Shown here piece by piece: positions 46,359 through 58,307 of a stretch of 64,000 bases of DNA. The translations under genes and the position numbers were made by a program. The stretch is from Azolla caroliniana. Lineage: Eukaryota > Plantae > Polypodiophyta. The DNA is taken from contig JBHGNT010000010.1 in NCBI GenBank assembly GCA_043228905.1, forward strand, positions 17,484,001-17,548,000, written 5' to 3'. The first letter of the stretch is position 1; each line of letters opens with the position of its first letter. The notes under the pieces are model-generated. The model made no database searches. It was given only the letters and a program-made list of their open reading frames with translations, and was not told where the DNA came from.

Positions 46359-49300
46359 TGTCGAATACATGTGTATAATGGATGTATTCACACTATCCCG
46401 TTTTGGCCATTTATGTAATTAGCATAAAGGGTAGTTGCCCTAAGTCGGTCACTATATATAGTGACCTTGTAACCTCTTTGTGAGGTTGGTTGTTGTATTA
46501 TTTGCTTTATGAAATAAAGACTCTTTTGTGCCTCTCTCTCTCTCTCTCTCTCTGTGCAACGACCTACAATCTCTCATACGCAGGTACTCAGAGAAGAATC
46601 GAATGCTTCTTGATCTTCCGCACAGACGACATTGTCTCCAACATCTGGTATCAGAGCAGAGGTTCGGCCGTCATCACCGCCTGCACAGCATTCGGTTCTT
46701 CACTTCATCACGGCCTGCACAGTATTCGCGTCATTCGAAGAAAGAGAGAAGAAGAACAAAAACGAGGTTTGCACCTCATCGCGTTAGATCCTCTTGCTTG
46801 GAGTAAGCCAACAGGTTGTACTCTGTTCCTTGTGATCGTAACCGCTCGAGGTGAAATCCCCTTGTGCAACATCGACACGATCGTGCTCCACTCGGTTAAA
46901 CGGCATCCGAAGAGGTAATCAAACGCTGCTCGTTGTAACCACTCGGTGCAGATCGGTCTCAAGACAACAACCCCAATTCGTGCTTCATCCGGCTGATCGA
47001 CATTCGAGAGGATCAGTTGGATCTGTCTCTCTCGTCGCTGCAGCCACCCGAAGCAGAATCGGTCCAGATAATCGGTTTCAATAATCGGTATTCGGCACAT
47101 ATATCCGAAGCGAACCGGGCTCACTCCGACTCGGCAACACTCGGGAAGACCAGTCGGTTCTGTCCCTCAAGTTACCGGAGTCAATTCGAGCAAGTTCCGA
47201 AGCCGAACCGACTCGGGTTCAAATCCGACTAGAACGATATCGGGTGAGCCAACCGGCTGCACTCCAACAAGGTTCACAGTCAACTCCGAACCGAGCTTCG
47301 TCAACCGAAACCGAATTTGATGGCATCAACATCCGGCTCGTCAGAAATGAGTCTACGAAAGTTCGATGGATCGAACTTCAACTTCTGGAAGGAGCAAATG
47401 CAGGACTATCTCATAGTCAAGGGACAAATCGATCCCATCGAAAATGAAGAACCTCCAGAAGGATACAAACCAATTGAGTGGCAGAAGCTGGACAGAATCG
47501 TCCGCGCCACGATTCGGATGCACCTATCGGAATCGGTATACTTTACGGTGCAATCGTGTACGACAGCATTCGAACTGTGGAAAACACTGTTGGAAACTTA
47601 CGAAAAGAAGGTCGCCGCAACGAAGATGTTTCTGATCCGGCGCCTCTACAACTTGCAGATGAAAGAATCCGACTCGGTTCAAGCACACCTCAATGAGTAC
47701 GAAAGCATAAGCTCCCAAATCTCGTCACAGGGGACGGCAATCGAGGATGAACTCAGAGCAATGATACTCATGAGCAGCCTTCCCTCATCATGGGAAACTT
47801 TCGTCACAACCGTGTGCAACGCGTCAACCACGGCTGTTAAATACTCCGAAGTCACGAGCGCAATCCTGACCGAAGCAGCTCGGAGAAAGTCTTTCGCCAA
47901 AGACTCAACAGACGACGCTTATGTAGTGCAAGGTTCGACAGACCGATCGAACATACGAGGAAGAGATTCCTCACGGCCGCCGAACAATCAGCGAAGACGG
48001 AGCCAGTCACGGGATAACCGAATCTGCAACTATTGCAAGAAACCCGGACACATCAAAGCCGACTGCCGCGCACTCAAGAACAAGAACAACAAGAAGAGTG
48101 GCCGGCATGAGGAGATCAATTACGTCAGCTTCTCAGCTGATGTGCTACCAGACGACCCGAACATACTATCAATCGAAAATCCAGTCGGCTCAGAAGTTCT
48201 GCTCACGACTGAAGAATCGAGCACATGGCTCTTGGATTCGGGTGCGTCATTTCACGTGACTCCTCATCGATCCCAATTTCGGCAATATACGATCCGTCAC
48301 TCCGACTCAGTTCGGGTCGGCAACTCACAACACTGTGACATCATCGGAATCGGCACAGTAGAGCTCAACCTTGCAGGTGGCTCTACACTTGTACTCCACA
48401 ATGTCCGACATGTACCCGAGCTCTCAAGGCCATTGATCTCAGTCGGACAACTAGATGAAGACGGCATTCGTGCCGGTTTCTCTTCGGGAGGGTGGACACT
48501 CCACAGGGGGAACCTCCTGCTTGCTAGAGGACCTAAGATACACTCCCTGTATCCGTTACATGTTACGCTCAGAGAGGGTAACCTGTTTTTGGTGGATATT
48601 CCTGTGTCATCACTATGGCATCGAAGATTAGGACACCTCAGCAAGGCCGGCATCACGCACCTATCTAGAGCCGGATACATCCCCAAACTCTCCTTCTCCG
48701 ACCATCAATTCTGCGAGCATTGCCAGTATGGCAAACAAGCAGCCGCATCACACCCGACATCAGCCCCAAGAGAAACGAGACCTCTCGATTTGGTCCACTC
48801 GGACGTCTGTGGCCCAATGCCGCATCAGTCTCTTGGCGGTGCCTCTTACTTCGTCACTTTTATTGACGATTCGACTCGAAAGGTGTGGGCTTATCCAATT
48901 CGCACCAAAGATCGGGTCTTCTCGATCTTCACCGGTTGGCTCGCTATGGTAGAAAATCAAACCGACCGAAAGCTGAAATGCTTTCGGACAGACAATGGGG
49001 GAGAGTTTAAATCCGAAGAATTCGTCAAATTCTGCCGACAACGCGGCATCCGACGTGAATTTACGGCACCACACAGTCCGGAGCAAAACGGGATTGCAGA
49101 ACGTATGAATCGGACAATCCAAGAAAGGATAGTTTCCATGCTCCAACACTCCGGACTGTCGGATGGCTTCTGGGCAGAGGCTCTACTCACGGCAGTACAC
49201 ATAATCAATATGTCGCCAAGTAGACCTCTAGGACTTCAAATTCCTCAGGAACTATGGATCGGCAGTAAGCCGAATTACGACAAGCTGAGGATCTTCGGAT

Positions 49301-50804
49301 GCGAGGCGTACGCCCTTATTCCGAAAGATGATCGCCGAAAACTTGCACCTCGGTCCAGGAAATGCATTTTCCTTGGATATGGATCCGACGGCGAAATGGG
49401 ATACCGACTCTGGGACCCCGAACGCAGACAAATCGTTCGAAGTTCGGACGTTGTGTTCAACGAGTCGGCTATGAATCCATCAGTCGAAAAACCGATCGAA
49501 GTCCGAAGGGTAACATTTTCCGATGTGCCGACCCTTCAAGAAGGCCCCGCTCTCAACACACGGTCAGCTTCACGGGTAGCTGAACCTTACACTACCGAAT
49601 CGGACAACTCTGACTCGGCACAGCCGAATGATTCGGTTTCGGACCATCCGACCCCGATACCCGATGCGACCAGTCCAATCATACCTCGACGATCCGAGAG
49701 ACTGTCGCAACCTCCGGAGAGGTATTCTCCTGGAATTTTCTTCACCGACGCCGGCGAACCGACGTCTTACGAAGAAGCATCGACATCTGTCGATTCAGCC
49801 ACCTGGCATCTGGCGATGGAGTCGGAAATGCACTCCATTCGGGCAAACAAGACTTGGGATCTGGTTGAATTACCCAGGAACCGACGTGCTCTTCCTTGCA
49901 AGTGGGTTTATCGACTAAAAGAGACGTCTGATTCGACCACCCCAAAGTACAAGGCCAGATTAGTTGCGAAGGGCTTCCGACAAGAATATGGCGTCGACTT
50001 CGACGAGATTTTTTCACCAGTGGTGAAAATGACAACCCTTCGTTTTCTACTCGGCGTAGTGGCAGCCGACAACTTGGAGCTGATTCAGCTAGATGTCAAA
50101 ACAGCCTTCCTCCATGGTGATCTTGAAGAGGAAATTTATATGGAGCAGCCCAAAGGCTTCGTTGCTACTGGCCAAGAACATCTAGTCTGCCGACTCAGGA
50201 AGAGTCTATACGGCCTCAAACAGGCACCACGACAATGGTACAAGAAGTTCGACGACTTCATCCAATCGATCGGCTTCTCCAAAAGCGATGAGGACCATTG
50301 TCTCTTCACCAATACAGCTCAAGATGGATCACCCATCTTCCTCATCATTTACGTGGACGACATGCTAATTTCTGGACGCCACGCGGGCGAACTTGCCGAT
50401 CTCGTTCGGCAACTGCGGTTGAAGTTTGCCATGAAGGACCTCGGTCCGGCACGACACATCCTTGGCATGAAGATTAGTCGGCATCGCGATAAACGACATC
50501 TTTTTTTGTCTCAGACCGACTATATCGGACGTGTCTTGGAACGCTTCAACATGCAATCAGCCAAATCTGCTTCAACCCCGCTCCCTATGAATCTTCGGCT
50601 CTCTCAGCGAGACTGCCCGACATCCGGTTCGGAGGGGGAAGATATGAAGTCGGTACCGTATGCACCGGCAGTCGGCTCCCTTATGTACCTGATGGTCGCG
50701 ACACGGCCTGATATCTCTCATGCCGTAGGAGTCGTTAGCAGATTTATGCACAATCCTGGCCGATCGCATTGGAACGCAGTCAAGCATGTGTTCAGATATC
50801 TGGC
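46359..50804 (+). mobile_element. Ty1/Copia element F, same family as D, truncated by assembly gap
   Basis: LTR 46359-46643, PBS TGGTATCAGAGC 46646-46657, long leader, ORF open up to the Ns. Confidence 0.93.
47320..50804 (+). CDS. Element F Gag-Pol polyprotein (partial)
   Basis: CNYCKKPGHIKADC, LLDSGAS, TDNGGEF, YVDDML; no stop before the gap. Confidence 0.93.
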
Positions 50805-50904
50805 NNNNNNNNNNNNNNNNNNNNNNNNNNNNNNNNNNNNNNNNNNNNNNNNNNNNNNNNNNNNNNNNNNNNNNNNNNNNNNNNNNNNNNNNNNNNNNNN
50901 NNNN
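50805..50904. other. Assembly gap (100 N)
   Basis: Run of exactly 100 N. Confidence 1.
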
Positions 50905-50959
50905 AGCGACCGTTTTCATATAAGCGCTTAGAACCAAGAACGGGTGAAGTGGGCACACG

Positions 50960-51144
50960 AGTTTTCCAGCAAGGGGGGGGGGGGGGGGAGGAGGAGGAAA
51001 CAGAGAAAGGAAGAAGAAGAAGAAGAGTCTAGTCTCTGCAATCTATGTATTTGATAACTCAAAGCTTTTCAGCTTTCATCTATTTGTGCAGTATATAGTA
51101 ATTTTCTGTTGTTACTTTCCCACCTCACCTGACACTCTCTCTAC

Positions 51145-51183
<39 letters not shown>

Positions 51184-51341
51184 TCTCTCTCTCTCTCTCA
51201 GTGTCTCTATATCTGTCGGTAGTGTCTCCAAATGCTATGTATGTATGTATGTATGTATGTATGTATATTAGATAGAGAGCCTCTACATTTGTGTGTGTGT
51301 GTGTGTGTGTGAATGCTATATTAGACATACTCACACTCTTG

Positions 51342-51372
<31 letters not shown>

Positions 51373-51730
51373 TGTGTGTGTGATGCTATATTAGAGAAAC
51401 TCTACATTTTTGTGTGTTGCATGTGTCGATGCTATATTAGAGAGACTCTATACTTGTGTGTGGTGTGTGTGTGTGTGTGTGTGTACGTAGTTTGTTCATT
51501 ATTTGGTGTGCCTACATATGTAATCGTCACCGGGGGGGGAGGGGAATGAGCACATGTGCAACACACCAACACGCTTTGTATCGATGCTGCGAAAATGGGT
51601 TGACGATGCCTCTGTTGTTAGTCAGACTTACCACTCATTCAATGTGCACACGAGCAAGCGATTTCTACATTGTAGAGCTAATTTGTCTGTGGAAGAAGGG
51701 GAGGAGGGGGGGGGGGGGGGGGGGGGGGGG
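50960..51730. repeat. Microsatellite cluster: poly-G, (GAA)n, (CT)n, (TATG)n, (GT)n
   Basis: Directly visible; (GT)n blocks alternate with atgctatattagaga-like spacers. Confidence 0.9.
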
Positions 51731-54700
51731 CAACCCCTACCCCTCTGATTGATGGTGTTTTCTTGTATCTTTTGTAGCTCATTTTTAGGATGGGAAAATG
51801 GATGGACGCGAGGAGACCCAAACTCTCATTCACTACTAGCTCGTGAGGAGGTGATGTTAGGGCACATCTAGTACACAATAGCATCATGGTGCCGAGGTCA
51901 AAGTGGAAAAGGAATAGAAAAAAAGGGAACATTATTTCTACACAAAGTACGAGAGTAGTTTCGAACACATGGGCTAAAGACTTTGTGTTGAAATCGAGTG
52001 GGTTGAAAATATTGAAACCTCCCCTTATTCTATGCATGTTGACCACCTATCTATATGCATGTTCACCACTAGGCCATTAAGTGAATTCAATTAACGATAG
52101 GATTGTTGACAAGTAATGCTACAATGATTATCATGTGCATATCCATACAATTGTTGACTAGGATGGATCATTGAGGTGGTGCCAAAGCCTTGAATAATTT
52201 TGGTGATGTGATAGTTGTGAAAAGAGCATTATATGAAGTTTTAGCAAGAATATATGAGTCCTTTAAGGAACCAAATTCCAAGTGTTATGTCACCATCAAG
52301 GATGGCATTCACATCCATTATATGTTACGGACTATGTAGGAGATGATTCTCCTCCCATGTTTGGGTTCAAAAATGGATCGTAATGCACCTTAGTCTATGG
52401 GTTCACACTCAATCTTTGGGCCTTATCTAAAAAGAAGATGGGAGTACCAATTGGAGCTAGAAGGTGCTTATAATGTGCTACCTATACACCTTATTCAAAA
52501 CATATGCTAAAATAAGTGCAAATGATGAAAGACGTGGGAGTGATGGAAATTGAACCAAAGATACTTGAAGTCGTGAAGTTAAGGTAAGACTTATTGTGCT
52601 TAACAAGAAAATTTAATCTTTGGTTGATAAAGGGTGGTCGGGTAATTGAGGAAATATGAGTTTGGTGGAAATAGTTGAATTTCAAGCAAATACTCTTCTT
52701 GGGTTCACTCTACCCAACAATGAACTTATACATATTTTGGTTGACATTGTCAAGTTCTAAGCCAATAACAAAAAACAATACTAAATTAGACACTAAGAAC
52801 TAGAGTATAAGCTTGGTTTTGGAACCCATTAGCCAAAGACTAGTGTTGAGCTCAAATATGTTGACAATATTGAAACTTCTGTATTTAGTATTTATATTAA
52901 CCCTACTTCTATTCATGCTTGCCACCTAGTCTTGATGTATGTTTGTCACTAGTGATTGTTGTGCATTTTTGCCACTTAGCTATCAGGCTAAACGTTGAGA
53001 TCATTCATGTGCAAAACGATCACTACAATAAAATGGTTGATTAGGGTAACACTATCGTGATTATCATGGCGTGTACTGAGGTGGCCATGGGTTCAAAACC
53101 CCTTAGTGATATGTGATATTCTACATGATAACGACACATGGCATATCAACATGGTTGAAGTAGGCATCATGTCAACTATTGTGATTTAATGATGTTGCAT
53201 AATTGCTTACATGTTATAACCTTTCAATGGTCTTCGAGGTGCAAAACGCAATTAATCAATGACCATGATAGATGGACGGACATTAAATGTTGTTTTCGTA
53301 GCTTGAGTTTTATTTATGGATTATGGATGTCCATTAACAAGACATGCTAACAAGCTTTGGGTAACATTCAAACTACATCCAGACACAAAGTTTGTGAACA
53401 TATAAGACACATTCATTTGTTTGTAAGTTGGGTTTTGGTTTAGGTATATTCATATTCCTCTTCAAAAGAGAAGACCAACTACCTTTGTTTTTCCACCTTT
53501 AACCACATTTCACCATATGTTTTGATTTGTGTGGATAGGTGTTGCCTTTGTGATTTGTCTCGCTTGTAGGGTCATCTTTACAAGCATGCATTTATATGTG
53601 TTGGGAGTTCATTTAAGGCTACGGGAATATAATGTGGACATAATTACGTAGTATATAAAAGGGTTAGTTAATACTACGTTTACCACTTAGACATGTAATA
53701 AACGGAAGGGTCCACACTTAATTTTGGTTGTAGTGCTTGACCACATCCTTGAGTGGACAACCCAATCCCATTGTCTGAACGTAGTTTGGGATGTGCACAA
53801 GCCTCAAATGGGTCTTAATCGTGGCTACGTACATTAATGGTATTTTTTTTTTGTTTCATTGATTATAATTTATTTATATTAATTGTTGTATTAGAGTGTG
53901 TCCTTGTTATAGTGACCTAGCTCAATTGACCTAGTAATCGATGAGAAGAGGGGAAATGGCAACCATGATTGCCAAGGAAAAATCCTACTCTTTCTCTAAT
54001 GCGATGGGTGTTTAAAAAGTGTGAGATTTATGATCAGAACATGTAAGTTTTAAAATCCTACTCTCTTCCCTCGATAGTCTAGGCCACACATGATTTTCTC
54101 ATATGAATTTTGGTTTGAATATGTAACATTGACAACTCGTCACTTACTCTATTATCATCATTTCCTTAGACAAGACATGTCTTCATTGGGTTGTAGAAAA
54201 TGAACATTAAAGCCTTTTTATGAGGAAGTGTTTGTATATTGTGAGCACGATGCAAAATTTAATGTTTGTTAGAACAAACTTAATGCTTGAATCACGATCA
54301 TAAGGTTATAAATCATAAGCTTTACTAGACACTTTCACGTTGTCCATTAGTATGTAATATGTTGTTTCAAAATCATAAGATTAAGTTCAATATAACGATC
54401 CAAATAAAAATGCAATTCTAGCTCAAATTTCAATCATTGACTTCTATATTAAAAACGTTTTAATAAAAATCCATGATCTATATTTACATATGTTCAGTGT
54501 ATTCTTTAACACGAAAGTATAAACAAAATCAGAAACTAAGATAGCTAGGCTCCATTTGCCGTCACAATTTTACAATTTTTGCCATTATTGCTGGTGAAAA
54601 ATGGTCAATAACCTTACATTTTTGTTTACCAATCACTTTTTTTATAAAGTCTTCATAACCCCATAATAAATGAATATAGAAACACAGGATGTAACCACCA

Positions 54701-55109
54701 ATATTATGTGAATATTTGACTTGTATACAATCAATACATCCTATACACACATAGAAAACAACATCATTGTACATGTTTGTTTTATTGATGTGTTCATCTG
54801 AGTTTAGTATACTATTGTACATGTTTTCAAAGTATCCATTTCACATGTCAAATATTCTAAACATGTTTATGCTAAAAAGAATTTGATAGTATTTTTTATC
54901 TTCGACAATTATTGAGTTATAAATGTGGATTTAGCTAGAGCATTAAAAGCAGTGTGAACCATACAAGCTCGTTGATACCATACACTTACATATACGGGAG
55001 AATATGTACAACTTATGCAAAGCTTTAAGGTACATATTGATGTGCCCACGACAAATAAATGTAGTGTATTTGAGTTTAAATTGGTTGGAAAACTATTATA
55101 CATTGGAAA

Positions 55110-56060
55110 ATCAATGGCAATTGGATGTGAAGTGAAACTAATGTTATTTAATGCCATGGTAAAACAAGTTTTGCATTATGGAGTAGAAGTGTGGGGTGGC
55201 ACTATCCCTCTTAATGCATGAAATGAGATTAAGAAGCTTCAAATGATGTTTTGAAGGAGACAATTGGGAGATAAATCCACCGCCTCCTACGATATCATGC
55301 TCTTGGAAACATATGTTCAACCTATAGAACTATTTGCATTATAGAGAATATATAGAGGCATTACGAAAATATATTAAATCATAGGATATCACTTCTTACT
55401 TGGAATGTTGGATTTACACTACAGAATAATGACAATAGCAGAATTCTCTCATATGGTTGGGTAGTAGACATTAAAAAATGGTAAAAAGATGGGACGTGGA
55501 TAATCTTTCAAAGGTCTTAAGGAATGTTATGAAATATGTAATTATTGAGGGAATATTAATGGAGCACTACCAGAGGAGGAATGAGGACGAAGCCCACTGT
55601 AGATAATAGCAAGCATAAGCACTTTACCGAAGGGGACTAGCGCTTATACTCCACCCCCTTTTATTTGGGTTGGATCTCAATTGCTCACAATAAGGAGAAC
55701 TTGTCTAGAGAAGGATTTCCTGCTTAGATTCTTTCAAATGTTCTTCCCTACCAACTTAGCTACCCGGTGACGTTGTTTTCACAACAACTAGAACACCATA
55801 GGTTGACCCGCTAAGGAAAACGTGGCAAGATGCTAAAAGGACAATTTAGAAATTACATTGTAAACATTAGCCTTGAACATTCGTTTTAATACAAGGCAAG
55901 AAAGTATATTGATCATATTCAACTTTATCACATTATGAATATGAGGATTAACTCTCATAGAGCTTTGACACTACTTCGCACTTAATCAAATAAACCATGT
56001 ATTGAAGTTGCATTATGGCGTCAAAATCCGCCAAATTTAAAGGCGTGTTAGGTATGTGAC
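55110..56060 (+). mobile_element. Decayed LINE 3' fragment interrupted by a mitochondrial insertion
   Basis: VKLMLFNAMVKQVLHYGVEVWG...RRQLG...YDIMLLET, then after the insertion MRINSH and EVALWR...C*VC, echoing the motif at 19.3-19.6 kb. Confidence 0.6.
55595..55809 (-). pseudogene. rrn26: NUMT: degraded fragment of mitochondrial LSU (26S) rRNA 3' region
   Basis: gcttagattctttcaaatgttcttccctaccaacttagctacccgg...acaacaactagaacaccataggttg resembles the reverse complement of the conserved LSU 3' segment (GCTTAGATGCTTTCAGC...GCTACCC...ACACCA.AGGT), with details closer to plant mitochondrial than plastid sequence as recalled. Confidence 0.75.
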
Positions 56061-58307
56061 TATTAAATTTTAACTAATTGTTTGAGCAAACATAAGGGTT
56101 TAAAAACCAAAAAAAGGGAAGAGGTGCCAAACCACCTAATCAAACCTAACGATGACATGAGACGGACCTGACCCTCCCAGATGTCCCATGCCATTGAGTG
56201 TCGACACAAGTCCTACCTTGGATTCTCATAGGATTGCACTTGCTTAGCTAAGTGCCATAGCCACACTAATATAGTCTCAACATAAGTTAAGCCTCCCTTA
56301 TAAGAATGTAGCCAACCTTCTTATATAGGTAACCCCTAGGCCTTGGTGTGTTCACACTGAACTTCAAATGAAGTGATCATGAGATAATATGTTTAACAGT
56401 TTATCACATATCATAGAATTTTAATATTCAATTCAGAACCTCATTCCTTTTTAATTGACTTGCACATATTCATCATAATAGTAGGATAAAGTATAGAAAA
56501 CATATCTCATGATCAATTATGGTTATGTATATAACATTGATAAAGGGCTAATGGAGGATGTGTATCACTTGCTTTTTACATGCTCCACCTAGAGTGTTAG
56601 TTGTGAAAGCTATGATGAGATATTCAGAGAGGTTGATCACTTACAAACTTCATGAAAACCCTGCCCTACAAATAAATTACAACACAAAATTAAATACAAA
56701 ATATTTTTTTATGCTTGCAAAGAAATCTAAGATAACAAAGAGTACACTGAGGGATACCATGTTTAATTAAGATGGGATTAGACAATTGTCACCCTATACC
56801 ATTTAAAGGGTATAAACACTAAATATAGCTTAGATTAATGACATCCCTGGCATTCCCACTATGTGGTTTATGCTACATCCCTCATCATGATTCTACTTGT
56901 TACGTAGACATCCCTCATCACTTTTGTAGTTAGAGAACCACCTTTTTCCAATATAAATATGACATTGCTTACTTTAGAGCTAAAGAAAACATTATTGTTT
57001 GGTGGCATGAATGACTCCAGAAGATTTTTACAACATGATACACAACAGTCTTTCATGTCACATACCTCTAGGATGCAAGAGGATATAGACATGTATGGCC
57101 ACTCTTCGATGGATAAATAAGATCCTAATTAATATGGAAAGTTACTTCAACAATTGTGCAATAGTACCAAAATTTTCTTCTGCAAATGCTAGTATATCTT
57201 TATGTAATGATTCCAATGAGTTTAATATAAGAAACATAACAGAAGCGATCCATAGTTTCCCTTACAAACAAGATACAAAACTGGACCGTAGGACTTCATG
57301 CATTGATATTAAATGTATGGAAGAATTTAAGCATATGAAGTTAAACCATATTTGTGCATTGACTTTGCAAATATGTATCTGTAGATGGTTGAAGATTTAT
57401 TGCAAAATACAAATTTGCAAATTTGTGGAACACTAAAATGCAAATGGGAAGCTTTCACGAAAGTAATTAACATATGTACAAAGAAATGCTTTTCAATTTA
57501 GTAGATATTGTATGTACTATGATTACTTTAAGTTGCAATAGTATTCCTACGTGCATACAAATTAGTCGCATCCATCCTAATCTAGTTTTCTGCACTATAA
57601 TTACCAAACTTATTTGCTCTAATTTCTACTTTTAGGGTCTCCCATGCGACAAAGGTTAATGCCTTATTTCTTCTAATTTCTTAGGCTAACACTTGGCTCT
57701 GACATGGGCAAACTCTTCTAGAGCAGATAACCAGCCCAGATAATTTTTCTTTCCCTCTCTAACTCAAATTTTCAATTAATGTCACAATCTTGCCAATCAA
57801 CATGATGTGGCCTGTAAATATACTATAGAATTCTGGTGAGACACCAAGAAATACCAAGGAACCATTCTTCTAGTTCAGATACTCCACTTCCTACATAATG
57901 AGAATATGTACTGTTCCAATTCAATATGAAATGTAAGACCCTCTTTATTCTTCATTTTGACATATTTTACTCAAATTTCCAGTCTTGATGATTGTTACTT
58001 ATCAAAGCTATATCTCTTTTGAGGTTACATTAGATGCTTCAGTTCTAAGGATGCTCTTCGCAAATTACATAACATCGTATATAGCTTACTCTTAAATCTC
58101 TTTGATTTATCTCTCCATTTCTCGTATCTCTTGTCATGAGGTCTTTTTAGCAACTTACAATAAGAGTATTGACCTCTCACCCCATACAAACATTAGCATG
58201 TATAAAAAGATGTAGACATGATTTACTTCTATTCAAATGTTCACATCTCTTGTAACCCATCTTCTGTAATTGCACCTGTTTGTTCATATAGATGTATTAT
58301 ATATATA

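Noticed and set aside
55595-55809. Functional rRNA gene
   Set aside because: Short, mutated fragment with no operon context.
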